The notes under the pieces are model-generated. The model saw only the letters and a list, made by a program, of their open reading frames with translations, made no database searches and was not told the DNA's origin. Positions 17,560 through 26,244 of a stretch of 64,000 nucleotides of DNA are shown one piece after another. The position numbers and the translations under genes were made by a program. The stretch is from the IMG/VR virus record IMGVR_UViG_3300028895_001083; one strand, written 5' to 3'. Each line of letters starts with the position of its first letter. The stretch's first letter is position 1. Origin of the DNA: a virus (taxonomy: Duplodnaviria > Heunggongvirae > Uroviricota > Caudoviricetes).

Positions 17560-19683
17560 ATGAACAAGAAAGCGGCTGCCGCCAGAATCGCTGAACTGTC
17601 AGCGGACGTGGATCGGCACAACATGTTGTACTATTGCTATGGTGAACCAGCGATCCCGGATAGGGTGTTCGACGAGCTCCTCAAGGAACTGGTTGCACTA
17701 GAGCAGGAATTCCCGGATCTGGCGCTGCCAGATAGCCCGACCCAACGTGTGGGCGGCGCTCCTGTTGAGGGCCTCGAGTCCATGGAGCACCCGTCGCTCA
17801 TGTTTTCTATCGACAACTGCTTCGACCTCGATGAGGTCAAGAAGTTTCATCAGCGTGTGGTGAAGAAGCTCGGCCACGAGCCGCTCTGGACGCCCGAATG
17901 GAAGATTGACGGTTGCGCTGTCAATCTGATCTATGAGGACGGCGTACTCACCCATGCCATAACCCGCGGCGACGGTGCAGTCGGCGACGACATCACGCAC
18001 GCTGCCAAGGCAATGCGCGGCGTCCCTCTCAAGCTGGACCGTCTCTACGACGAGGAAGGCAATGTGATGGGGAATCCCAAGCCGTTGCCGAAGCTCTTGG
18101 AGATCCGTGGCGAAGCGTTCATCACGCACGATGACTTCACGCAGGTCAACTGTGCGCGCAACAACGCTGGTGAGGAGACGTTCGCCAACTCCCGCAACGC
18201 CACGTCCGGCGCTATCCGTAGCGTCGATCCGGCCGACTGTCACGAGCGGCGTGTACGTTTTATGGCGCACGGCATCGGCAAGTGTGAGTACGAAGGCGAC
18301 GTCGATATCGAGTCGTACTTCGAGACGCTGTTTGCCTTTCATCTTTGCGGGATGCCGATCACAGATCACTATGGCCTGCCCGCCCCGATGGATAAGGCGC
18401 TGAAGACCGTCGCAGAGATGGTTGCCATGCTGCCAGAACTGAGCATTCCGGTCGACGGGATCGTCCTGAAGCTGGACAAGTTCAGCGATCGTGAAGCCAT
18501 GGGCCAAGAGTCCAAGAAGCACGTGAGCTGGGCGCTGGCCTACAAGTGGGAGAAGTACGAGGCCGTAACCGAGGTCGAGCGCTTCGACGTACAGGTAGGC
18601 AAGCAGGGCACGCTGACGCCGGTGGTTTACTGCAAACCGGTGGAGATCGCTGAGACGATGGTCGGCAAGGCGTCGCTGCACAACTGGCACGAAGTCTTGC
18701 GCCTGGGCATCGCCCACGGTGACTCGATCGTCATGGAAAAGGCCGGCAAGATCATTCCGCACGTCGTACGTGTGGTCAAGGAGAAGCGCACCGGACCGGT
18801 CGCGCCGTTCCTGCCGCCCGCTACCTGCCCGTCCTGCGGCAGCGACGCCATCGAGGATGGTCCGTTCCTGCGCTGCTCAGGTGATTCGTGCCCCGCACAG
18901 ATCGCCGCCCTGCTCCGATCGGCCGCTGACCGGTCCCGCCTAGATATAGATGGTTTGGGGGAGACCCTAGCCACCCAATTGGCGGAGGCAGAGCTGGTTG
19001 AGGACCTCTCGGACCTCTTCACGCTTGAGCATCGCAGAGACAGCGTTCTGAGGCTTGCACGCATGGGCGAGAAGAAAGCCGACAAGCTCTTCGAAGCCCT
19101 CGCAACGGCGCGTGAGCGGCCTTCCTGGCGATTATTGGCGTCTTTGAACATCAAGCACGTCGGAAGGACCATGTCGGAGGCCATCTGCAAGGCTGCTAGC
19201 GCTGCTGGCGCCGAGCTGAAGGAACCCGCCGACCCCTTCCAAGTGATGGTGTCCTTGTGGTCGATCGACGACTATACCCAGATTGAGGGGGTTGGCGAAG
19301 CCGCCGCTCGATCGATCTGGACGTGGATGCACAGCGAGAAAAACCTGAAGCTGCTGAAGCGCCTCCGGGACTACGGCGTCAACATGGGCGTCAACGACCC
19401 GGTGCCCGAAGTAGACGACGGATCTCCGAAGCCGCTCGCCGGTATGAAGATCTGTGCGACCGGGAAACTGGTCGGGTACTCTCGCGAAAGCATCAAGGAG
19501 ACGATCGTGCAACACGGCGGTACAGTCGCCAGCGCGGTCTCGGCGAAGACCGACATGCTCGTCGCCGGCGAAAAAGCCGGCAGCAAACTGAAGAAGGCCC
19601 AGGACCTGGGCGTTCGTGTCGTCAACGAAGCGGAGTTCAATGACCTCATATCGGTCGAGCAGCAAGAATCCGCCAGTAAGTAA
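17560..19683 (+). CDS. ligA: NAD-dependent DNA ligase
   Basis: AGGAGG SD. KIDG adenylation lysine motif (EWKIDGCAV), Zn finger CPSCGS...C..C, HhH region and a C-terminal BRCT-like domain. The N-terminus aligns with the LigA Ia domain (YYxxxxPxIxDxEYD). Confidence 0.9.
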   Translation: MNKKAAAARIAELSADVDRHNMLYYCYGEPAIPDRVFDELLKELVALEQEFPDLALPDSPTQRVGGAPVEGLESMEHPSLMFSIDNCFDLDEVKKFHQRVVKKLGHEPLWTPEWKIDGCAVNLIYEDGVLTHAITRGDGAVGDDITHAAKAMRGVPLKLDRLYDEEGNVMGNPKPLPKLLEIRGEAFITHDDFTQVNCARNNAGEETFANSRNATSGAIRSVDPADCHERRVRFMAHGIGKCEYEGDVDIESYFETLFAFHLCGMPITDHYGLPAPMDKALKTVAEMVAMLPELSIPVDGIVLKLDKFSDREAMGQESKKHVSWALAYKWEKYEAVTEVERFDVQVGKQGTLTPVVYCKPVEIAETMVGKASLHNWHEVLRLGIAHGDSIVMEKAGKIIPHVVRVVKEKRTGPVAPFLPPATCPSCGSDAIEDGPFLRCSGDSCPAQIAALLRSAADRSRLDIDGLGETLATQLAEAELVEDLSDLFTLEHRRDSVLRLARMGEKKADKLFEALATARERPSWRLLASLNIKHVGRTMSEAICKAASAAGAELKEPADPFQVMVSLWSIDDYTQIEGVGEAAARSIWTWMHSEKNLKLLKRLRDYGVNMGVNDPVPEVDDGSPKPLAGMKICATGKLVGYSRESIKETIVQHGGTVASAVSAKTDMLVAGEKAGSKLKKAQDLGVRVVNEAEFNDLISVEQQESASK

Positions 19684-19732
19684 CGTCGGGAAAAGTCGTA
19701 ACATCGACCCTCGGCGACTATTTGGTAACGGC

Positions 19733-19772
19733 GTGCCGGCACACCGGATTGAATCGTACCGGGTGCCGGCAC
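19733..19772 (+). promoter_or_regulatory. Paired 10-bp palindromes GTGCCGGCAC x2 (putative operator pair)
   Basis: Perfect palindrome at 19733-19742 and again at 19763-19772, with 30 bp centre-to-centre spacing, in the intergenic gap downstream of ligA. Confidence 0.4.
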
Positions 19773-19813
19773 CTGCCGGTATTTCGATCCCCTTTGGCAC
19801 CGTCCCGCGGGAT

Positions 19814-20314
19814 GTGTACATACAGGGGCCGCGTTACAAAGTCGAGTTTTACGCCTTCGAGACGCTTGGCGGGGTCATCGGCCACACCGGAGCGCTTGCG
19901 AGGGCTGATTTCAGTACAGGAGATACCTTGGGATTCAAGATCAATGTCACCGTCGAGGCGCTGCGGACCAAACTGCAGGCGAACCTGGCGCGGCACAAGG
20001 ACCTTTACCAAGAAGCCAGAGATGGCTACTGCGAGAAGGCGAAGGCGCAGCTGTGTGAAGCTGTTGATCGCCTGAAGGATGGCAAGCTCATCCGACTACG
20101 GTTCGACCTCGAGCCGCCTACCGATCACTCCGAGGACTACGAGCGGGTTTTGCGTATGCTTGACGCCTGCACGGACGAATCGATGGAAATCACAGAAGAA
20201 CAATTCGCCGCGTATTGGGACGACGACTGGTCGTGGATGTACAACTGGGTGTGCACGAACAGCAAGATGTCGTCCAAGACGCTGGCATACGGCCAATCAA
20301 AAGGATTACTGTAA
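19814..20314 (+). CDS. Hypothetical protein
   Basis: Frame has coding-like GC3. There is no in-frame ATG for about 180 codons; GTG at 19814 chosen as start and is uncertain. Confidence 0.45.
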   Translation: MYIQGPRYKVEFYAFETLGGVIGHTGALARADFSTGDTLGFKINVTVEALRTKLQANLARHKDLYQEARDGYCEKAKAQLCEAVDRLKDGKLIRLRFDLEPPTDHSEDYERVLRMLDACTDESMEITEEQFAAYWDDDWSWMYNWVCTNSKMSSKTLAYGQSKGLL

Positions 20315-20342
20315 TTTACGCTCGAAAAGCCAAGGGAGAGCG

Positions 20343-20418
20343 AACAGGCGGTGCGGCGGGTTCCTTTTGGGCCCTGTTTACAGGGTTTTATCCTGCTCGT
20401 CGTGCCGCCTGTTGTTTT
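20343..20418 (+). terminator. Compound hairpin terminator between convergent genes
   Basis: Outer stem AACAGGCGG/CCGCCTGTT followed by GTTTT. Inner CCCTG-ttta-CAGGG hairpin followed by TTTT. Confidence 0.45.
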
Positions 20419-20420
20419 AA

Positions 20421-20678
20421 CTACTCCTCCACGCCGGCGGCTTTGAGAAGCTCGCCGCGGAAGCAGCTGATCGAGCAGTTGAAGCTGAGATGCTCCTTCG
20501 CCCAATCGAACAGGTCCTTCATCGAGAGACCTTGGTATTTGCCGTCGGACCAGTTCTTGACGAACTCTTCCCACAGCTCGCGTTCCTCGCCTTGGAGGAC
20601 GCGCGGGGTGACCAGACGCGGTTTCGCAGCGAGAGCGGCGAGGGCGTCCTTGTTGTTTTTCTTGGTGGCTTTGGCCAT
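20421..20678 (-). CDS. Small Lys-rich N-terminus protein, unknown function
   Basis: AGAGGAAG SD on the minus strand; 85 aa. Confidence 0.55.
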   Translation of the reverse strand: MAKATKKNNKDALAALAAKPRLVTPRVLQGEERELWEEFVKNWSDGKYQGLSMKDLFDWAKEHLSFNCSISCFRGELLKAAGVEE

Positions 20679-20680
20679 GA

Positions 20681-21259
20681 CTATTCTTCCTCTTGTTCTT
20701 CAGCAGGATACTCGTGCAACGGCATGACGGCAGTTGAACCGATCACCCGGTGCATGTTCGTCAGGTGGAAGTCGGACATGAATGCGCGCTCCACGTTGAC
20801 GCCAAACGGTTCTAAATCCTCGCGGATCTTTTTGGTGAGCGAGTTGTTGATGCTCCGGAACTTCCGGATCAACGTCTCGACGTCTTTACCGATAACGGAT
20901 TCGACGACGCCCTCTTGTGCGCGATCACGGATCGTGACGTTGAAGTCGTACGTGTGGGCCAGCGCCTTGACGATGTCGTCGATTGTGAAAACCACTGTCA
21001 CTGATATTGTCAGTCCGATAGCTTCTTTGGTATCATGCGGCAGTGTTTGAGCTTCAAGATTGATCGTGTCACGGATAACGGGATGGACCACCGGTCGTTG
21101 GATGGGTGGCCAGTAGAGATGAAAGCCAGGGCCAATGGCCTTCACTCTGCCGAGCGTGAACATGACTCCCATCTGGGTCCTGTCGACGTGGAGCCCACGA
21201 GGGAAGATCCGAGATGCCCAACGCAGGAGGTCGCTCAGCCATCCAAGACCGATGTCCAT
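20681..21259 (-). CDS. SPFH/Band-7 domain protein
   Basis: Core GVMFTLGRVKAIGPGFHLYWPPIQ...IRDTINLEAQTLP matches the prohibitin/stomatin-like fold signature. Confidence 0.6.
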   Translation of the reverse strand: MDIGLGWLSDLLRWASRIFPRGLHVDRTQMGVMFTLGRVKAIGPGFHLYWPPIQRPVVHPVIRDTINLEAQTLPHDTKEAIGLTISVTVVFTIDDIVKALAHTYDFNVTIRDRAQEGVVESVIGKDVETLIRKFRSINNSLTKKIREDLEPFGVNVERAFMSDFHLTNMHRVIGSTAVMPLHEYPAEEQEEE

Positions 21260-21260
21260 A

Positions 21261-21752
21261 TTACCCGTTCCGTATGCCAAGAGACTTCGAGAGTCTTTCC
21301 AATTTCCCGTAGAACTCGTCGAGCGTCCCGTAGTTCGGGATGACGATGTCTGCAACGTCTAGATCCATCTCGAGCGACGGATCGTTGGGGACGGCACGGC
21401 TGACCCAGACGATCAGGTCAAGCATGTCCCGTTCTAGCAATGCTTGCAGTTCTCCCGCCCGTCGGATTCCGTTGAGAATATCGCTGTCCTTCAGCATATC
21501 CTCGTACAGCGTGATCCCAAAGGGCTGATTGTACTCCCAGATCGCGTTTGCCCACCGTACCCGGTGATTATGGCGATCTTCCCAGCATTCCCGGACGGTT
21601 TTGTACCCCAGGGTCTTGCCGAATCGCTCAAAAATCATGGGTGCGGCAGCTTCGCTAGTACTGCCAGCATCTGTCAGAATCGTGTTCTCGGTGAGCCATT
21701 GCATGGCGGTGTCTTTGCCGCAGCGCCCTGGCCCACAAATGGCGATTTTCAT
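21261..21752 (-). CDS. P-loop nucleotide kinase (dNMP kinase-like)
   Basis: N-terminal Walker A MKIAICGPGRCGKDT. 163 aa, the size class of phage deoxynucleotide monophosphate kinases. Confidence 0.55.
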   Translation of the reverse strand: MKIAICGPGRCGKDTAMQWLTENTILTDAGSTSEAAAPMIFERFGKTLGYKTVRECWEDRHNHRVRWANAIWEYNQPFGITLYEDMLKDSDILNGIRRAGELQALLERDMLDLIVWVSRAVPNDPSLEMDLDVADIVIPNYGTLDEFYGKLERLSKSLGIRNG

Positions 21753-22066
21753 GAGTCGTTGTAAACCTTCTTCCCAGTGGCATCGATACGAAACGTCCGC
21801 GGATGGGCGCCGTAGAGCAGCATGGCGCGGCAGGCGATCGCTGCAACCTTACGCAGCGCCCGCAACGTCTTCTCTTCGTCGGCACCGTGCACCCAGGCCT
21901 CCTCGGCCTTGCGCATGTAGACCCGCAACGTAGTAAGCTGTCCCACGACACCGTGGTCCAGGCCGTCGCTGCGGTCGGTATCAGCGAATGAGTTTTGGTA
22001 CTCAAGTTCGCTGTTGATAGCGTCGATCACGTCCTGCGAGAGCGCAGGATTCTCAATGGTCATCAT
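21749..22066 (-). CDS. Hypothetical protein (possible MazG-like NTP pyrophosphohydrolase; weak)
   Basis: 105 aa acidic helical protein with EE..E pattern; the assignment is tentative. Confidence 0.4.
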   Translation of the reverse strand: MMTIENPALSQDVIDAINSELEYQNSFADTDRSDGLDHGVVGQLTTLRVYMRKAEEAWVHGADEEKTLRALRKVAAIACRAMLLYGAHPRTFRIDATGKKVYNDS

Positions 22067-22632
22067 TCTTCGAGCAGTCCTTCGTATTGTTCAATCACAC
22101 AGTCCATCGGGTCGTCTCGACGTAGACGGAACCGATTCCAGCTTTTAGGGAAGACGATCTGCCGACCGCCACGCTCCCGGAACTTGGGTTCGTAGCCCTC
22201 GGAGTCATCGATGAGCAGGGCACCAGGGCGGGCCACGCTCTCCTTGCGTCCGGTGAAGATCACGTCGCTGTCGTCGATCTCCTGGCCGTAGACGCGTCGT
22301 AGCCATGTGAGCTTGCCTCGCACGGCGTAGCCAGAGTCAGCACCGCCGAACTCTGGTTTGCAGATATTCCGGGTCAGGAACGTCACTGGCCCGATCTGGC
22401 GGCAGAAATGAAACAACTCTACCGCCCACGGTAGTACCTCGAGTTCGTCCCAGAAGTAGTGCTTCTGATCCACGATCGGTGTCCAGATCTCCGAGTCGGT
22501 CTTGCCGAGTACCGCCACGTCGTGCGTCTCAAGCGTGCCGATCAGGTCTGAACGCCCGTGAAGGCGCAGCACTGCCGGTAGGAAGTCCGCGAGGACATCG
22601 TCAACATCTAGGTAGACTTCGTCGAAACGCAT
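22063..22632 (-). CDS. 5'(3')-deoxyribonucleotidase (HAD superfamily)
   Basis: LDVDDVLADF is the DxDxV phospho-aspartate motif of NT5C-type nucleotidases; 189 aa. Confidence 0.7.
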   Translation of the reverse strand: MRFDEVYLDVDDVLADFLPAVLRLHGRSDLIGTLETHDVAVLGKTDSEIWTPIVDQKHYFWDELEVLPWAVELFHFCRQIGPVTFLTRNICKPEFGGADSGYAVRGKLTWLRRVYGQEIDDSDVIFTGRKESVARPGALLIDDSEGYEPKFRERGGRQIVFPKSWNRFRLRRDDPMDCVIEQYEGLLEE

Positions 22633-23792
22633 CAGCTCTTCGTGGGCTTGTCATCACAGAAAATTGGCATGGACATCGTCATGCCGTGTTCGTAGTCTAT
22701 AACTATGAACGTCTGCGTGGGCGGCTGGGCTTTGAATCCGCCGCGTTTGGCGTACGGACTGATGCCGATCAGGCAGCCACACAGGACATAGTTCCAGTCA
22801 CAGCCGTACTGGTGGAAGTGCCCCATCACGTCGAGCTCAGCGGGCGTCGCCGGCGGCTCGTTCCACTGCGCGATCTTCCGGCGCAGAGGCACGTGGACAC
22901 CACCGATCCCGCCGCCGTACTTGATGGCGTGGCCGTGGTGGAATCGAACAGTGTGCCCTTGAACGGGCAAAATGTTGTGATACCCAGGCTCCAGTTTGCA
23001 CTGGACCTTGTCGTCGTCGCGGAAGAAATTGGCGACGTTGTTGTAGATCAACCACTCCCAAGAACTGCGGGGCTCAGTGGCGATGCGGCGATCCTTGGTG
23101 GAGCGCCCGTGATTGCCCAAGCTGGTCGTGAACAACACGTGGTCAGCTTTGGATTCCCGCTTAAGGAGGTCGATACCCTGGATCAGGTGGTTTTGCACTT
23201 CGATCGAGGCTTCGGCCGGGCCCTTACGGTTGCCCTCCATGAGCTCTTCATGGATGTAACCAGTGATCATGTCACCGCCGGCCCATAAGACGACTTCGTT
23301 GATATTCGCAATCGAGCGAGCGAAGTCGAGAAGGTAGAGCGACTTTTGCCAGGTAGTAGCAATGCGCCGATTAGCAACACGCTCGTTGAACTCGTTGACC
23401 CCGTTAACCATTTTCGGGTCGACGACCTCTTCAAGGTGCCAATCGTTGACACAGATGATGGCGGACGCTTTGCCGCGTCCCTTGCGTTTACGACTCCGCT
23501 CCAGCTTTCGGAGCGTCGCCTGGTCCTGCGAGGCCAGGAGCCTTTCGCAGTTGTCCTCGGAGACCTGCAAGTCCGCCTCGGCCTGCTTGTACTTCTTCTC
23601 CGCGTCCTTTTTGGCCGCGTTGGCAGAAGCGAGCTTCCGTTCGAGTTTGCGGATTTCGCGGATCTTCTCGTCCTCGCTCATGTCAGCGAGGGTTTGCAGC
23701 TGCGCAAGCTTTTCGCGTGCTTCAGCCGTCTTCGAGCTAGCCATTGATTGTCCTCGTGTTGAAGATGCATCTGTTACGACTTGCGATATCAT
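22632..23792 (-). CDS. Calcineurin-like metallophosphoesterase with N-terminal coiled coil
   Basis: Motifs VNDWH (DxH), GDMI (GD), GNHG and GHFHQ (GHxH); N-terminal K/E/A-rich coiled coil. Confidence 0.65.
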   Translation of the reverse strand: MISQVVTDASSTRGQSMASSKTAEAREKLAQLQTLADMSEDEKIREIRKLERKLASANAAKKDAEKKYKQAEADLQVSEDNCERLLASQDQATLRKLERSRKRKGRGKASAIICVNDWHLEEVVDPKMVNGVNEFNERVANRRIATTWQKSLYLLDFARSIANINEVVLWAGGDMITGYIHEELMEGNRKGPAEASIEVQNHLIQGIDLLKRESKADHVLFTTSLGNHGRSTKDRRIATEPRSSWEWLIYNNVANFFRDDDKVQCKLEPGYHNILPVQGHTVRFHHGHAIKYGGGIGGVHVPLRRKIAQWNEPPATPAELDVMGHFHQYGCDWNYVLCGCLIGISPYAKRGGFKAQPPTQTFIVIDYEHGMTMSMPIFCDDKPTKS

Positions 23793-23854
23793 GTGAGTCT
23801 ACCAGATCTGTCGATCGTGTGTCAAGTGTCTTACCTGAAAAAATCTGACAATTT

Positions 23855-23871
23855 TGCTTGCAATGCAAGCA
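23855..23871 (+). promoter_or_regulatory. Inverted repeat TGCTTGCA-a-TGCAAGCA in divergent promoter region
   Basis: Perfect 8-bp arms between the minus-strand block and the plus-strand gene at 23890. An adjacent TGACA is -35-like. Confidence 0.35.
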
Positions 23872-23889
23872 CCCCCAAGGAGAGCTACC

Positions 23890-24225
23890 ATGCACCATAT
23901 TCCAGTGGATCATTGTCCGGACGTGGAGTTGACGAAACTCCCGAACGAGAAGGTGGTCACATTCGACGGGCATGAGTTGAAGCTGGGGTCAGTCATCTAC
24001 TTTCGCTTCTGTCCGCGCGAGGCGGCGTCCGAATACGTCGTAGTCTCAGATCGCGCGATTCGTGGCAGAGGCACTACAAAAATAATGGTGGTAGGCAGCC
24101 GTGGCATCGCAGCGGCTATGGACGCCACCGAATTCGTTAGAGACAAAAAGATTTGGTGGGACTGGTACCAGCAGAGGTACAAGCCCGCCGGGAGACGAAC
24201 CAATGGCGAAACAGCCAGAGACTGA
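23890..24225 (+). CDS. Hypothetical protein
   Basis: AAGGAGAG SD. Confidence 0.55.
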   Translation: MHHIPVDHCPDVELTKLPNEKVVTFDGHELKLGSVIYFRFCPREAASEYVVVSDRAIRGRGTTKIMVVGSRGIAAAMDATEFVRDKKIWWDWYQQRYKPAGRRTNGETARD

Positions 24226-24838
24226 TCTCGTTCCCACTGACCTCGTCACTGTCACCATGGATATGGACAAGGACGACGTCGCGGCCATTTTGATGTCCCG
24301 CGCTGAAGAGCGCATCAAGCTGGCCATTAAAGCTTGTCAGGACCGTGAAAAGGTTCTGACGAAGGAGCACGACGAGCTGCGCGAAGCCTTCAACGACCTC
24401 TGCGAAGAGTTCGCAAAGGAGAAGATGGAGGACACCGTCGAGACCCTCACCGAAGCGGCCACTGCGCTGAAGTGCAAGAATATCAGCACGGAAGTGTACT
24501 CGGGCGGATTCACGCTCCACAACAACATGGTCGCGGCAAGCATGAGCCTCAACGCCCAAAAGCCGCGTGTGCGCTGGGAGGTGAGTACGTCCTTCAAGGC
24601 CACGGCTGCGCTGAAGAAGGCCTACCAGACCGGCGAGAAGAAGCGCAAGGAGATCGACGACAACAAGAAGCAGTGGATCGAATGGCGGCGCAAGCTGGCC
24701 GATCTGCCGTCGATGGAACGCCGTGCCAAGGCGGCCGTCGCCGAGTCCCGGCTCAAGTCCACGAAAGAGGGCCAAAAGCTGGTCGACATGCTCAACGGCG
24801 ATCTCGACAACTCCGTGAAGCTGCTCGGCATCTGTTGA
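24203..24838 (+). CDS. Hypothetical helical protein
   Basis: GGGAGA SD; overlaps the upstream gene by 23 nt. Confidence 0.5.
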   Translation: MAKQPETDLVPTDLVTVTMDMDKDDVAAILMSRAEERIKLAIKACQDREKVLTKEHDELREAFNDLCEEFAKEKMEDTVETLTEAATALKCKNISTEVYSGGFTLHNNMVAASMSLNAQKPRVRWEVSTSFKATAALKKAYQTGEKKRKEIDDNKKQWIEWRRKLADLPSMERRAKAAVAESRLKSTKEGQKLVDMLNGDLDNSVKLLGIC

Positions 24839-24845
24839 TATTGCA

Positions 24846-25991
24846 ATGCCTGCCAGTGGTGATCTAAAACTGCTTGGATTCTGGCGACAGCCGGACGCCA
24901 CGCGGTGGAAACCATTTTCTGAAGATCAAGAGAGCGTAACGCTCAACGCGCCGATCGATGACGTGGTGTTTGGCGAGACTCGGGAAGATTGTCTTGCCCA
25001 GATTCACGCCAAATACCCGGCATCGGATCCCAATATGTCGCTCGTGGAGTATCGCTGGCAAACGCATCCGCGTCACCAGTCAATCAGCGGCGACCCGTCT
25101 ACGAATTGGGATAAGGACGACTCCATCGACGTGAGCGAGACGGAGCGCTACTGCGGAGCCGATCCGTGGGAAGCTCTTGCGCTTGCTAAGAAACTCGGCA
25201 CGATTGAAACTCGCAATCTGACTACGGAAGGCTACTGCTACGACGGGCCGAAGTGGGAGGAGGAGGGTTGTATTGTGACGAGTGTCGGTTGGTACACCGG
25301 CATTAAGAAGATCAAGTATGATCCCAAAGGCCTGCTACGTGCGAAGAAAGCCGCAGCGACACGCCAAAAGACGGGGGCCGTCCTCGTTAGCGACGTGGCT
25401 TCGGCGATCTGGCAGCTTGCGATGCAACTCAACGATGTTGTACGCATCCGCGGCGTCGGCAGCGATTGGAATAGCCGCTACTCCTGCTGCATCTGCGCAT
25501 TAGAGACGATCAAGTGGTTCAACGCCGTCTTCGGCAAGAACGCACATCGTCGCAACAAGCACTTCCGCGAACTCAAAAAGAAGTGGAAGGAGCGTGCAGA
25601 GGCGTCGCGCAAAGCGTGGTATCGTGACGCGCAGGTCGAATACAATGACAACGATCCGCGGGCCGTCTTCGCCAACTTCATGGCCGAAGAGATCAAGGTC
25701 CGTAACTCGCCCGTACTGACCGAAAAGGAGTGGCGAAAACGCGGCGAACGTTGGAAGCCCCCGCCGGGCACGTTCAAGGCGTTCGGCCACAAAGCCTATG
25801 CCAAACAAAGGGCGCGCGACGAAAAAGCGCAAGCCAAAAAAGAAGCCGAAGCCAAAAAAGCCGCCGCCAAAAAGAAAGCCAAAGTCGGTGGCAAAAAAGG
25901 CAAAGGCAACGCCAAAGCCAAAAGGCCGACCAAAAAGAAAGCCCCCGCAAAGAAGCGGCCGTCCCGACGTAAGTCCAAAGCTGCGCGCTGA
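24846..25991 (+). CDS. Protein with histone H1-like Lys/Ala-rich C-terminal tail
   Basis: The C-terminal ~70 aa are AKKEAEAKKAAAKKKAKVGGKKGKGNAKAKRPTKKKAPAKKRPSRRKSKAAR. Confidence 0.55.
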   Translation: MPASGDLKLLGFWRQPDATRWKPFSEDQESVTLNAPIDDVVFGETREDCLAQIHAKYPASDPNMSLVEYRWQTHPRHQSISGDPSTNWDKDDSIDVSETERYCGADPWEALALAKKLGTIETRNLTTEGYCYDGPKWEEEGCIVTSVGWYTGIKKIKYDPKGLLRAKKAAATRQKTGAVLVSDVASAIWQLAMQLNDVVRIRGVGSDWNSRYSCCICALETIKWFNAVFGKNAHRRNKHFRELKKKWKERAEASRKAWYRDAQVEYNDNDPRAVFANFMAEEIKVRNSPVLTEKEWRKRGERWKPPPGTFKAFGHKAYAKQRARDEKAQAKKEAEAKKAAAKKKAKVGGKKGKGNAKAKRPTKKKAPAKKRPSRRKSKAAR

Positions 25992-26016
25992 GATCATTCG
26001 ACTCGGCACGCTGTTC

Positions 26017-26244
26017 ATGAAGGAGGCCAAAAACTTCAAGGCGGCATTCAAACGTCCCTTACACGACTTCTGGATCAACAATGTACGCGGCTTCGACATC
26101 CAGCGCTTCTGCGACGAGATGCTCGAGGCGTGCCACGGGAGTTTGGTCAAAGCCGTGCGTGCTGAATACGGGGACGAAAAGGCGGCATTAATCAAACGAC
26201 TGGTGCCTAGTGGTTCCAGCGTCATGTGGCCACAAGCCACATAA
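26017..26244 (+). CDS. Hypothetical protein (75 aa)
   Basis: First ATG after the upstream stop, in the frame that carries the coding-like C-terminal segment ...FDIQRFCDEMLEACHGSLVKAVRAEYG. Confidence 0.4.
   Translation: MKEAKNFKAAFKRPLHDFWINNVRGFDIQRFCDEMLEACHGSLVKAVRAEYGDEKAALIKRLVPSGSSVMWPQAT

Noticed and set aside
25798-26016. Lys/Pro-rich N-terminal part of ORF 25798-26244
   Set aside because: Arises because AAG/AAA-rich DNA reads as Lys in two frames. Only the distal part after 26017 looks independently coding, so the upstream part is treated as overlap shadow pending frameshift verification.
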